This document shows, piece by piece, positions 8,886-18,163 of a DNA stretch of 64,000 nucleotides (position 1 is the first letter of the stretch; the number at the start of each line of letters is the position of its first letter). Origin of the DNA: Lentisphaeria bacterium (lineage in GTDB: Bacteria > Verrucomicrobiota > Lentisphaeria > Victivallales > UBA1829); the NCBI GenBank assembly GCA_017503545.1, contig JAFVSW010000079.1, positions 4,133 through 68,132 of the forward strand. Reading direction: 5' to 3'. Under the pieces are notes generated by a model, which was not told the origin of the DNA, searched no databases, and was given only the letters and a program-made list of their open reading frames with translations. A program made the position numbers and the translations under genes.

Positions 8886-10807
8886 TCATGCTGCAAAATG
8901 GAGCTGTTGTTATTTACCATTCTGCCCCGGCAAAAATCGTTTCTTTTTCCAATGGCAAGATTTCATTGGAAGTGCGCCCCGGCGATTCTAAAAATGTGCG
9001 GGAAAAAGATATTGATTTTGTATTGCATAGCGGTCCGGCGCAATTGCCCCTGCCGGAAGTTCCCGTTCCCGATCTCAAGGAAAATCTGGAATTGCTGCAA
9101 GGGGAAGAACTTTCTTTTTCCGACTTTACTGATTTGATTTTCGGTGCTTATACGCCTGCCAATGCCTATGCCGCATGGAAATTGTTGAAGGATGGGACTT
9201 ATTTCCGTTTTGAAGGAGAATCGGTTACGCCGCGGACATTGGAAGAAATCGCCGCCGCAGAGGAAGTTCTCCGGCAGAAAAACGAAGCAAAAGAACGTCA
9301 TGCCGCTTTGGTCGAACGTTTAAAAAAAGGAACCGTGCTGCCGGAAGATATTCCTTATCTTGGCGAAATCGAACAAGTGGCATTCGGTATCAATTCTGCC
9401 AGCCGCCTGATGAAAGAACTGGGGATCGAAGCCGTCCCCGAAAAAGCCCATATGCTGCTTCTTAAATGGAATGTATGGGATATTACCCGGAATCCGTTCC
9501 CTGCCCGTGCCGGGGTGGAAATGGATGATCCCGCATTGGCTTTGCCGGAGGATCGTATTTATCCTCACGAAGATGTGAAAGATTTGACCGATCTTCCCGC
9601 GTATGCCATTGACGATGTATCCAGTCATGATCCCGATGATGCCATCAGTTATCGGGATGGTATGTTATATGTTCATATTGCGGACCCGGCATCGGTGATT
9701 GCTTTTGATTCGGAAGTGGATCAGATTGCGCGGAGCCGTGGGGAAAATCTGTATATTCCGGAAAAAGTCATTCACATGCTGCCGTTGGAAGCGACGGACC
9801 GGTTCGGTCTGGGGCTGAATGACCGTTCCCGCGCGTTGACATTTGAGATTCGTTTTGATGAAAATAATATGCCGGAGTTGATCGCATTTTATCCGTCTCT
9901 TCTTGCGGTGGAACGCCGGACGTATGAAAATGCTTCCGATATTCTGGATTCTCCCGATTGGCAAATCTTGCAAAAACAACTTTCTGCATTCAAAGATGTA
10001 AGAAAAAATAATAATGCCGTGTTTATCCGTCTGCCGGAAGTGAATATTTCCGTGGATGAGGGCGGCACGATTCATTTTTCACCCTGTCCGGTCACGCCGG
10101 AACGGGAATTTGTGGCAAACTGTATGCTTGCCGCCGGTGCCGCAGTTGCCAAATGGGCGGAAAAAATGGAAATCCCCATGCCGTTTGTGCGGCAGGAACC
10201 CCCGGATACTACTCCGGTTCCCGAAGAAGAAGCAACTCTGTGCAGCATGTTTGCGCTGCGGAAAAGTTGTCATCCAGGGACAACAGACACGCTCCCCGGA
10301 CTTCATGCCGGATTGGGCTTGGAACCGTATACCCGCGTGACCAGTCCGTTGCGCCGTTATGCGGATTTGCTTGCTCATATGCAGTTGCGCCGTTATCTTG
10401 CTGGAGAAGAGTTGCTTACTTCGGATGAATTGACTTTGGCATTAAAGGAATCGGAAGCGGCAGGTGCAGTCCGGCGTAGATTGGAACGGCTTGTGAATGA
10501 ATATTGGACCTTGATTCATTTCGGGCGTATGAATAATGAATTTTCCACGGAAGCGATTCTGGTATGGCGTCAGGATGACCGTGCGGTATTTTTGTTACCG
10601 GAATTTGCATACGAATACAAATCCCGGTTCCGTGGCGGCAATCTTGGCGATCATTACGAAGCCAATATCCTCTCCAGTGATCCGGCGCGTTTTATGCTGC
10701 GCTTGAAACTGAAGAGTTTGACCTCGGCGGACGAAGAAGCCATCGAAGACGAAAGTGTTGCGGAAGAACCGGAATCCGCAACGGAAGAATCTGCGTCTGC
10801 ACAGTAA
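8882..10807 (+). CDS. RNase II/R family 3'-5' exoribonuclease (RNB domain)
   Basis: RNB motifs DPDDAISY, ENLYIPEKVIHMLP and HAGLGLEPYTRVTSPLRRYADLLAHMQL. ATGA start/stop overlap with tadA, with an AAGGAG Shine-Dalgarno upstream. Confidence 0.85.
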   Translation: MIMLQNGAVVIYHSAPAKIVSFSNGKISLEVRPGDSKNVREKDIDFVLHSGPAQLPLPEVPVPDLKENLELLQGEELSFSDFTDLIFGAYTPANAYAAWKLLKDGTYFRFEGESVTPRTLEEIAAAEEVLRQKNEAKERHAALVERLKKGTVLPEDIPYLGEIEQVAFGINSASRLMKELGIEAVPEKAHMLLLKWNVWDITRNPFPARAGVEMDDPALALPEDRIYPHEDVKDLTDLPAYAIDDVSSHDPDDAISYRDGMLYVHIADPASVIAFDSEVDQIARSRGENLYIPEKVIHMLPLEATDRFGLGLNDRSRALTFEIRFDENNMPELIAFYPSLLAVERRTYENASDILDSPDWQILQKQLSAFKDVRKNNNAVFIRLPEVNISVDEGGTIHFSPCPVTPEREFVANCMLAAGAAVAKWAEKMEIPMPFVRQEPPDTTPVPEEEATLCSMFALRKSCHPGTTDTLPGLHAGLGLEPYTRVTSPLRRYADLLAHMQLRRYLAGEELLTSDELTLALKESEAAGAVRRRLERLVNEYWTLIHFGRMNNEFSTEAILVWRQDDRAVFLLPEFAYEYKSRFRGGNLGDHYEANILSSDPARFMLRLKLKSLTSADEEAIEDESVAEEPESATEESASAQ

Positions 10808-10814
10808 CCCGTTT

Positions 10815-12749
10815 TTATTTTGTACGGAAATCCATACAGAGCGGAACTTCAAATTCTCCGTCTTTTTTGCCCAGTGCATGTTGAATATCAAAATACAGTG
10901 TGGTCAGGAAGGATTCCCCTTCACGCACATCGGTGATATCCAGCGGACCGTTTGCCATCAATACATCCAGGGCTTCCTGTGCTTTGCCCGTATGGAATAA
11001 TGCGGCTGCATAATGGGCACGGATATTCGGGCGGGTACGATCCCGGTCACTGATTTTTCCGTATAACGCAAGTGCTTTGCTGTATTGCGTGTGAATGATC
11101 AGCAGTTTGAATGTTTCTTTGATGAGATAGGCATCGGCATCCGGAGTCAATGCTGCTTCCATCATGCAATCGAGAGCCGTTTCTGTATTTCCGCCTGTAC
11201 GCAAAAGAATGTTGGCATATGCATGAAGTGTCCAGGCATTCCGTTTCATCTGCAACGCCTGTTGTGCAGCAGTTTCTGCCCGTTCCCAATCTTTCTGACG
11301 GAAATAATACAACGCCGAATGATATTGTTTTTTCCAACCGTCATGTGCCTGTTTCACCACTTGGAACCAGTCGGGATCCACCTGGAAGGAACAGGGCGGT
11401 TCTTCATCAAAACGTTGTGTATGCAGCAAATCCACCCATTCTTTTTCGATGGGACTTGTGGAACCGAAATCCAGTTGCGGCGCAAGTTTTTTTCCGGCAC
11501 GCAATTCTTCCAGCGCACCGAAACCGCTGCCGGTAAATTTCAGTTCTCCTTTCTGCAATGCAATTGACGTTTTTGTGACGGCAAGGAGTTGTTCCATTTC
11601 CGGTTCAGGGAGTACCCGGTCCGTCCAGGCAGTTACTGTTTCCATGGCATGTTCCCAGGAACCGAAAATATCATTTGGTTCTGCCTGAATACTGCCATAC
11701 GCTTCCAGCCATTCCCATGCAGTTTCCGGCGGCATGGGCAAACATTCCTGCTGCGATTTTGCCAATCCTGCCTGCAATTCCAGATATTCACAAACGCCGG
11801 GCCCCAGGAGTTTCCGCTGCCAGTTATCACCGCCTCTGTTTTTGCCCCAGACAAAGAGTTTACGTCCCTGAAGACGTTTTGTGGAAAGATGAATGAACCC
11901 GGTTCCATCCGTATTGAACAGGGATTCATATTTCCGTGTCCCTTCCGGAATATCATAAAAATGATCCCGCACGATTTTGAAATTTTCCGGATATGTCTGA
12001 TCGAATCCTTCGCCATCCGGCATGGGAATCTTTGTGATAAAATGAGAGCCGCCGTCATACATATTCAAATACGTTTCTTTGGCAGGAACTACAACGCGGC
12101 AGCCCGGCGTCATATCCGCTGCAATATTGCTCCACCAGTACATGGGAATAACATCGGTTGACGGATTGTAAATTCGCACGCGGGAGAACAGAAACGGCTT
12201 ATCTTCCAGCATAAAGAAATCCATTTGGAACGGCACTTTCCGGTCTCTGGAATAATCATAAAAACGCAATACCGGACCATATTTTTCAGTTTGGATTTCT
12301 GCGGCAAAACGGGGAGCACAGGTATTGGCATCATGACCTCTGCGACCACAATTGAATTCCACGCCGCCGGCAAACCAGGCATTGCGGATGGCAAGATTCC
12401 GCGGGAGAAATTCCGTATTGTTGGTCAACAGTTCCCGTTTCTGCACTTTATCATAAAGACACCAGAGACGGCCGCCCAATTCCGGGATGAATTCCGCACG
12501 GAGAAAAGCATTTTCCAATACTGCACAATCAAATTCCATTGTCTGCTTTTCATTCAGGTCGTAATCATCCTGCATCGTATAGGGCAGAGAGTCACTGAAC
12601 ATTCCGTAATTGACAAATAATCCGTCATCTTCCCTCAGTCGGGAAGCAATCGTGGATTTGATGGGGTCGCGCAACGCAGGAAAACGACTGTCCGCTCCCA
12701 CTGGAATACCCGGCATGGACTTCTTGCAAAAAGTCAAAACTGTTTTCAT
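10815..12749 (-). CDS. DUF5107-like protein (mutarotase-like N-terminal region) with C-terminal TPR repeats
   Basis: The N-terminal pattern FPALRDPI...FVNYGMFSDSLPYTMQDDY resembles DUF5107 proteins. The C-terminal third is TPR-like (AETAAQQALQMKRNAWTLHAYANILLRTG...). The ATG at 12749 overlaps the maa stop in an ATGA arrangement. Confidence 0.5.
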   Translation of the reverse strand: MKTVLTFCKKSMPGIPVGADSRFPALRDPIKSTIASRLREDDGLFVNYGMFSDSLPYTMQDDYDLNEKQTMEFDCAVLENAFLRAEFIPELGGRLWCLYDKVQKRELLTNNTEFLPRNLAIRNAWFAGGVEFNCGRRGHDANTCAPRFAAEIQTEKYGPVLRFYDYSRDRKVPFQMDFFMLEDKPFLFSRVRIYNPSTDVIPMYWWSNIAADMTPGCRVVVPAKETYLNMYDGGSHFITKIPMPDGEGFDQTYPENFKIVRDHFYDIPEGTRKYESLFNTDGTGFIHLSTKRLQGRKLFVWGKNRGGDNWQRKLLGPGVCEYLELQAGLAKSQQECLPMPPETAWEWLEAYGSIQAEPNDIFGSWEHAMETVTAWTDRVLPEPEMEQLLAVTKTSIALQKGELKFTGSGFGALEELRAGKKLAPQLDFGSTSPIEKEWVDLLHTQRFDEEPPCSFQVDPDWFQVVKQAHDGWKKQYHSALYYFRQKDWERAETAAQQALQMKRNAWTLHAYANILLRTGGNTETALDCMMEAALTPDADAYLIKETFKLLIIHTQYSKALALYGKISDRDRTRPNIRAHYAAALFHTGKAQEALDVLMANGPLDITDVREGESFLTTLYFDIQHALGKKDGEFEVPLCMDFRTK

Positions 12750-13411
12750 TTTATCATTCCTTCCCGGTTGATGGCATCCTGTTCTGCCCACTGATATTTT
12801 TTACGATCTTCCGCCGTAAGTTTACGGATCACCCGTGCCGGATTACCGGCAACAAGAGTATCGGCAGGAACATCCCGTATGACAACGGATCCGGCTGCTA
12901 CAACGGCATTATCCCCGATCGTCACTCCGCCGATGATCGTGACAGAACCGCCGATCCATACGTTATTGCCGACGGTGACGGGGAACGCATATTCCCATCC
13001 GTCGATCCGATCTTGCATATCCAACGGATGACCTGCCGCCAGGATCGAGACATTGGGCGCGATCCACACATTGTCGCCGAAACGGCAGTAATTGCCATCC
13101 AGCACAATAAAATTGTAATTTGCAAAGAAGTTTTCGCCCACTTCGATACGGAATCCGTAATCGCATTTGAAGGGCGGCAGAATATTGCATTTTTCCCCGA
13201 TCTTACCGAAAATCCCGGCAAGAAAATCCCGCCGTTCCTGTACTTGCGACGGACGGAGCTGATTGTATTCGCAAATCGCATCCTGGATTTTGAAGCGGTA
13301 AGCCGCCATTTCTGTGGTTCTGTTCGGATTGTAAAGAAGTCCCGCTTCGGCTTTTTCCTGTTCGGTCATACCGCCGGGAACGGGTTTGCAAAGAACTGGT
13401 TTGTCTTTCAT
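12746..13411 (-). CDS. maa: Maltose/galactoside O-acetyltransferase (left-handed beta-helix, hexapeptide repeats)
   Basis: Typical Maa/LacA N-terminus MTEQEKAEAGLLYNPN. Hexapeptide repeats VWIAPNVSILAAGHP and VWIGGSVTIIGGVTIGDNAVVAAGSVV. Confidence 0.85.
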   Translation of the reverse strand: MKDKPVLCKPVPGGMTEQEKAEAGLLYNPNRTTEMAAYRFKIQDAICEYNQLRPSQVQERRDFLAGIFGKIGEKCNILPPFKCDYGFRIEVGENFFANYNFIVLDGNYCRFGDNVWIAPNVSILAAGHPLDMQDRIDGWEYAFPVTVGNNVWIGGSVTIIGGVTIGDNAVVAAGSVVIRDVPADTLVAGNPARVIRKLTAEDRKKYQWAEQDAINREGMIK

Positions 13412-13705
13412 TGTACTGTCCGTTATTAAATGATTTTGTTCTGTAAATCAGATTATTAAAAACTAATATAGCATTATTTTTTAACATTACAAATCGGTTT
13501 GAAACTGCAGTGTCATATTATTATAATACAGCACAGGGAGATTTCCGATTTATTTTCATGACAGTCCGGAAATTTACCCGATTTGCAGTCTGCTCCGTAA
13601 AATCGGTGATCAGAAATCCAATAAGTTGGCAACCCCATAACCTGCCGGATAACGTTAAAATTGTACCATTATCCGTTTAAAAAGAGAGATATCTGCGAAA
13701 AAAAT

Positions 13706-13733
13706 TTGCATTTTTAAAAAAAGGTGCTATATT
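13706..13733 (+). promoter_or_regulatory. Sigma70-like promoter TTGCAT-16 nt-TATATT, upstream of the prs leader
   Basis: -35 TTGCAT at 13706-13711 and -10 TATATT at 13728-13733, in an AT-rich context. The same -35 flavour (TTGCAT/TTGCGT) is seen upstream of the proline-rich lipoprotein gene and gyrA. Confidence 0.5.
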
Positions 13734-13786
13734 AAAGGAATTTGAGAAAAAAATTCAGAGCCTTGATCCGGAAACGGGTCCGATTT

Positions 13787-13903
13787 TTCTTCTTCTGAAG
13801 AGAGGCCATAAGGTTCATCAGAATACACCATGTCCGGCGTAGAAACAAGAGCGGACAAGTAAGGTGAATGTATTCTGTCATTATGGTATTTTGAAGGGAA
13901 GAG
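13787..13903 (+). ncRNA. Candidate structured RNA element (about 117-nt imperfect rod-like hairpin) in the prs 5' leader, or an independent sRNA; class unknown
   Basis: Nested complementary segments: 13831-13836/13852-13857 (tgtccg/cggaca), 13819-13827/13869-13877 (cagaataca/tgtattctg), 13806-13811/13881-13886 (ccataa/ttatgg) and 13787-13794/13896-13903 (pyrimidine/purine tract with G-U pairs). The apical loop is 15 nt. Confidence 0.3.
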
Positions 13904-13981
13904 GGAAATAAGGGAACGGAATCCGGTCTGCGTTTTGAGTTTTTGAAAGAGTTTAACTAAGCAACCGGAGATCAGTCAGTT

Positions 13982-14947
13982 ATGGAAGGGAATGCCCGAG
14001 ACATCAGACTTTACAGCGGAACATCGAATCGTCCGCTGGCAGAATCAATTGCACGTTTTCTTGGTCAGGAGCTTGGCCATGTGAATGTGGAACGATTCCC
14101 TGACGGGGAAGTATTTGCCCAGTACAAGGACAATCTGCGTAATGCGGATGCGTTCATCATTCAATCCACATGCAATCCGACGAATGAAAATTTGATGGAA
14201 TTGCTTGTTATGCTGGATGCGGCAAGACGTGCTTCTGCAGCGCGTATTACAGCTGTTATCCCGTATTTCGGGTATGCCCGTCAGGACCGCAAAGACCGTC
14301 CGCGCGTACCGATTACAGCAAAACTTGTTGCAAACCTGCTGACAACAGCCGGTGCAAATCGTATTTTGACATTGGACCTGCACTCCCAGCAGATCCAGGG
14401 ATTCTTTGATATTCCGGTGGATCACCTGTATGGTACACCGGTGATGATTCCGTATCTGCGTACAAAGATCGATCAGAATGCGGTGATTGTTTCTCCGGAC
14501 TCCGGCAGTGTGAAACGCGCTGCAAGTCTTGCAGACCGTATGGGTTGCGGATTTGCTGTTGTGGCAAAACGCCGTGTTGATGCAACAACAGTTGCATCTT
14601 CTCACCTGGTTGGTGATGTAAAAGGCAGAGTTTGCGTGATCACTGACGATATGACCAGCACCGCCGGTACTCTCTGTGCCGCAGCTGAATTGCTGAAAAA
14701 AGAAGGTGCTGCCAAGATTTATGCAACCGTAACGCACTTTTTGACAAATGAAAAAGCCTTCACCAAATTGGCAGATGGCGACATTGAAGAATTGATCACA
14801 ACGAACTCGATTCCGAATCCGATCAATCACGCAAAAGTACATACGATTGATATTGCTCCGTTGCTGGCGAAAGCGATCCGCCGTATCCATGACGGCGAAA
14901 GTGTTTCCACACTGTTCGATCCGGCACAGCATGATATTTTCAATTAA
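13982..14947 (+). CDS. prs: Ribose-phosphate pyrophosphokinase (PRPP synthetase)
   Basis: Canonical Prs sequence FPDGEV, PYFGYARQDRK, DLHSQQIQGFF and DDMTSTAGT. The 321-aa length fits. Confidence 0.95.
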   Translation: MEGNARDIRLYSGTSNRPLAESIARFLGQELGHVNVERFPDGEVFAQYKDNLRNADAFIIQSTCNPTNENLMELLVMLDAARRASAARITAVIPYFGYARQDRKDRPRVPITAKLVANLLTTAGANRILTLDLHSQQIQGFFDIPVDHLYGTPVMIPYLRTKIDQNAVIVSPDSGSVKRAASLADRMGCGFAVVAKRRVDATTVASSHLVGDVKGRVCVITDDMTSTAGTLCAAAELLKKEGAAKIYATVTHFLTNEKAFTKLADGDIEELITTNSIPNPINHAKVHTIDIAPLLAKAIRRIHDGESVSTLFDPAQHDIFN

Positions 14948-14988
14948 TAATAATCGGTTCATTTTCAACATAACAAGAAGGTAGAAAA

Positions 14989-15639
14989 ATGGCAAAAACG
15001 AAACATGTGTTAAACGTGAAACTTCGTTCCGAAGGCGGAAGTGCCAATGCACGCCGTCTCCGTCGCGAAGGTCTGATCCCGGCTGTGATTTACGGCTGCG
15101 GAACAGAAAGCAAAAGCGTGTCTGTCTGCGCTCAGGAATGGGAAATGCTTTCCCGCGGCGAACTGAACATGCTGACTCTCAAATTGGAAGATGGAACTGA
15201 AACTCTGGCTCTTCTGAAAGAAGTTCAGACCAATTTCATCACTCTCCAGACCAGCCATATCGACTTTATGGCAGTCAATCCGAATGAAAAGATCCAGGCG
15301 AAAGTAGCGATCCATGCGGGTCATGCTGCACCTGCCGGCGAAATGTTCGGCGGTATTCTGGATCAGATGATCCACGAAGTGGAAGTGGAATGTCTCCCCG
15401 CCGACCTGCCGGAAAGCATCGAAGTCGATGTCAGCGGCTTGAATGTTGGCGATGTTCTCCATCTCGAAGCGATCAAAGCACCTGCCGGTGTGAAGATCCT
15501 CGGTCATGCAGACCAGGTGATTTTTGCAGAAGTTGACCCGAACGCATCCGCTGATGCTGCTGCTCCGGCTGACGGCGCAACAGAACCGGAAATCGTCGGT
15601 GCCAAAGAAAAGGCAGAAAAAGCTGCTGCGAAAGAATAA
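14989..15639 (+). CDS. rplY: 50S ribosomal protein L25 / general stress protein Ctc
   Basis: RRLRREGLIPAVIYG motif and an Ala/Glu/Lys-rich C-terminal tail. Sits in the conserved prs-ctc-pth order. Confidence 0.9.
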   Translation: MAKTKHVLNVKLRSEGGSANARRLRREGLIPAVIYGCGTESKSVSVCAQEWEMLSRGELNMLTLKLEDGTETLALLKEVQTNFITLQTSHIDFMAVNPNEKIQAKVAIHAGHAAPAGEMFGGILDQMIHEVEVECLPADLPESIEVDVSGLNVGDVLHLEAIKAPAGVKILGHADQVIFAEVDPNASADAAAPADGATEPEIVGAKEKAEKAAAKE

Positions 15640-15674
15640 GCAGGATTGCGGTTTACCCGCAAGGAGAATAAACA

Positions 15675-16346
15675 ATGGCACAGCAGACAACGCAAGGGAT
15701 CCGATTGATTGTCGGACTTGGCAATCCCGGGAAAGAATATGCCGGAACGCGGCATAATGTGGGATTTGCGGTTGTGGAACGTCTGTTGGGCAAACTGCCG
15801 AAAAGTTTTGAACGCTTCCATGGGTATACATCCTATTATTGGAGTGGAAATTATGCAGGCAGTAAATTGTTTGTTCAGATGCCTCAAACGTATATGAACC
15901 TCAGTGGGGAAGCAGTGATGCCGCTGGCGAAAGCCAATGGGATCACGCCGGAAGAAATTCTGGTGATCTATGATGACATGGATCTTCCTCTGGGGAAACT
16001 CCGGATCCGCAACAATGGCGGACCGGGCGGACATAACGGGATGAAATCGATCATTGCGGCATTGAATACGGAAAAATTTGCCCGTATGCGCATTGGAATC
16101 GGCCGTGGAGCCACCGGTGCGGGAATGGCAGATTATGTATTATCCGCTATGACACCGGAGGAACAGACGGTATTTGACCGTACCGCAGATGGCGCATCGG
16201 ATGCTGTGATTTTAGCATTGCGCCGTGGGCTTGGTATGGCGGCAAACCGTTACAACGGTGAAGATTTCGGGGTATCGGAAGAAGAAAAAACAGAAAAACA
16301 AGTTCATACAAAGATAACAATACAACACCTGGAGGTGCAGGCTTGA
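15675..16346 (+). CDS. pth: Peptidyl-tRNA hydrolase (with about 35-aa acidic/basic C-terminal extension)
   Basis: LIVGLGNPGKEYAGTRHNVGF, YMNLSGE, GGPGGHNG and RIGIGR. Confidence 0.92.
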   Translation: MAQQTTQGIRLIVGLGNPGKEYAGTRHNVGFAVVERLLGKLPKSFERFHGYTSYYWSGNYAGSKLFVQMPQTYMNLSGEAVMPLAKANGITPEEILVIYDDMDLPLGKLRIRNNGGPGGHNGMKSIIAALNTEKFARMRIGIGRGATGAGMADYVLSAMTPEEQTVFDRTADGASDAVILALRRGLGMAANRYNGEDFGVSEEEKTEKQVHTKITIQHLEVQA

Positions 16347-16675
16347 AAAAGTATGAAGCAATATTCATTCTCGATATGAGAAAAGTCGAGGATGACGGAA
16401 AGGCCTTCTCTGAAGAATTTGCTAAAATGATTCAGAATTGGGGCGGAGTCGTTAATGAAACAAATCTCATGGGCCGCAAACAGTTTGCCCGCGAAATCAA
16501 AAAACGCAAAGCTGGCGTTTATGTCAATTTCGTGTTTGAATTGGATGCCGAAAAAGAAACACAGATCCGTGAACAGTTCCGTTTGGATGAACGCGTCCTG
16601 CGCATCATGATCATCCTGTTCGATCGTCCGGATAATGTGCGTTCTACCCTTGCAGCGATTGACGTTGCTGAGTAA
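16343..16675 (+). CDS. rpsF: 30S ribosomal protein S6
   Basis: (M)KKYEAIFILD...GRKQFAREIKKRKAGVYV. The TTG start overlaps the pth stop (cTTGA). Confidence 0.9.
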   Translation: MKKYEAIFILDMRKVEDDGKAFSEEFAKMIQNWGGVVNETNLMGRKQFAREIKKRKAGVYVNFVFELDAEKETQIREQFRLDERVLRIMIILFDRPDNVRSTLAAIDVAE

Positions 16676-16708
16676 CGGAACCTTTTTTAAGGAAAGGAGC
16701 GGTTTTTC

Positions 16709-17353
16709 ATGGCATCATTAAATAAAGTTCTTCTGATGGGTAATCTGACACGGGAACCGGAACTGCGTTATACCTCCGGAAACAGCGTTGCTGTCTGTGA
16801 ATTCGGCATTGCGATCAACCGTCATTTCACCCAAACGGATGGCCAGACGAAAGAGGACACATGTTTTGTGGACATTATTGTCTGGGGCAAACAGGGGGAA
16901 AGCTGTCAGAAATATCTGAAGAAGGGCTCAAATGTGTTCATTGAAGGCCGTCTTGTCTATGAAACATGGGCGGAACGGGATACGCAGAAACGCCGTTCAA
17001 GATTGCGTGTTACTGCGGAACGGGTCCAATTTCTTACAGCCCGTGCGGATGGAATTTCCGCCGGTGAGCCGATGGGAATGGAGGAAGATCCGATGCAGGG
17101 CGGTTACGCCGCACCCCGTCAGCCGATGCAATATGGTGGTATGCAGCAGCAGCCGATGATGCAGCGTCAACCGATGCAGCAGCGTCAGCCGTATGCACGC
17201 CAGCAGTATGATGCACCTCCTCCGCAGCAGCAGGTATACCGGAGTAATAACAACATGATGCAGCAGCAGCCGATGCCGCCGCCGCAATCCATGCCGGAAC
17301 CTGAAATGCCGGAAGAAGATCCGCTTGAAAACGTAGACGATATTCCTTTTTGA
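16709..17353 (+). CDS. ssb: Single-stranded DNA-binding protein
   Basis: OB-fold N-terminus LNKVLLMGNLTREPELRYTSGN, a Q/P/M-rich linker and the canonical acidic tip DDIPF. Confidence 0.95.
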   Translation: MASLNKVLLMGNLTREPELRYTSGNSVAVCEFGIAINRHFTQTDGQTKEDTCFVDIIVWGKQGESCQKYLKKGSNVFIEGRLVYETWAERDTQKRRSRLRVTAERVQFLTARADGISAGEPMGMEEDPMQGGYAAPRQPMQYGGMQQQPMMQRQPMQQRQPYARQQYDAPPPQQQVYRSNNNMMQQQPMPPPQSMPEPEMPEEDPLENVDDIPF

Positions 17354-17393
17354 AAAACAAAACAAACCTTACAGATAAGGAGAAAAGATAACA

Positions 17394-17636
17394 ATGGCAA
17401 TGCAGGGAAACAATCGTAAACGGCGCATGAAACGCCGTGCCGCGAAACCGAAAATTTGCAGACTTTGTGAAAACAAAGTAAATTATGTTGATTTCAAAGA
17501 CGCAGAAATGCTGAAGAAATTCCAGACTGAAAAAGGCCGGATTCTTCCCCGTCGCATTACTGGTACCTGTTTGAACCACCAGAAGATGCTGGCAATCGCT
17601 GTCAAACGCGCCAGAATCGTAAGTTTGGTTCTCTGA
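17394..17636 (+). CDS. rpsR: 30S ribosomal protein S18
   Basis: [15 protein letters not shown]...[24 protein letters not shown]. Confidence 0.93.
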   Translation: MAMQGNNRKRRMKRRAAKPKICRLCENKVNYVDFKDAEMLKKFQTEKGRILPRRITGTCLNHQKMLAIAVKRARIVSLVL

Positions 17637-17699
17637 CGTCCGGAATCATTTTTCCGGTCATTAACAACGAACATCAATCAAGGAAGGAAAGGCTTTATC

Positions 17700-18152
17700 A
17701 TGGCCTCTACAAAACTGATTCTTTTGCAGGACGTGGAAGATCTCGGACTTGCCGGTGAAGAAGTCAATGTGGCTCCCGGTTATGCACGGAATTATCTGAT
17801 TCCCCGTGGTCTTGCCAGTGTAGCTTCTACTGCGGCTCTCCGCCAGCTCGCTGCCCACAAAGAAAAAATCGAAGCAAAACGCAAAGCCGATACAGAAGCA
17901 GCTCATGCACTCGTTGCAAAAATCCAGGCTGCTGAAATCAAAATCGCTATGCAGGCATCTGACGATAATCACCTCTTCGGTTCTGTTACCGAACGTATCA
18001 TTGCTGAAACTCTCGCAGCAATGGGTATTAAAGTCGATGTACACAAAATCCACATGGAATCCCAGATCCGTATGCTCGGCGAATTCAATGTGGAAATCCG
18101 TATCCTCCGGGATATCACAGCAACGGCAAAAATCAACGTTGTCCGTGCTTAA
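17700..18152 (+). CDS. rplI: 50S ribosomal protein L9
   Basis: KLILLQDVEDLGLAGEEVNVAPGYARNYLIPRGLA. Sits in the conserved rpsF-ssb-rpsR-rplI order. Confidence 0.93.
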   Translation: MASTKLILLQDVEDLGLAGEEVNVAPGYARNYLIPRGLASVASTAALRQLAAHKEKIEAKRKADTEAAHALVAKIQAAEIKIAMQASDDNHLFGSVTERIIAETLAAMGIKVDVHKIHMESQIRMLGEFNVEIRILRDITATAKINVVRA

Positions 18153-18163
18153 TCTGATCCCCC

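Noticed and set aside
16997-17579. ORFs antisense to or overlapping the ssb Q/P/M-rich linker region
   Set aside because: They are low-complexity reverse translations of the CAG/CCG-rich linker. ssb is unambiguous, with an OB fold and a DDIPF tip.
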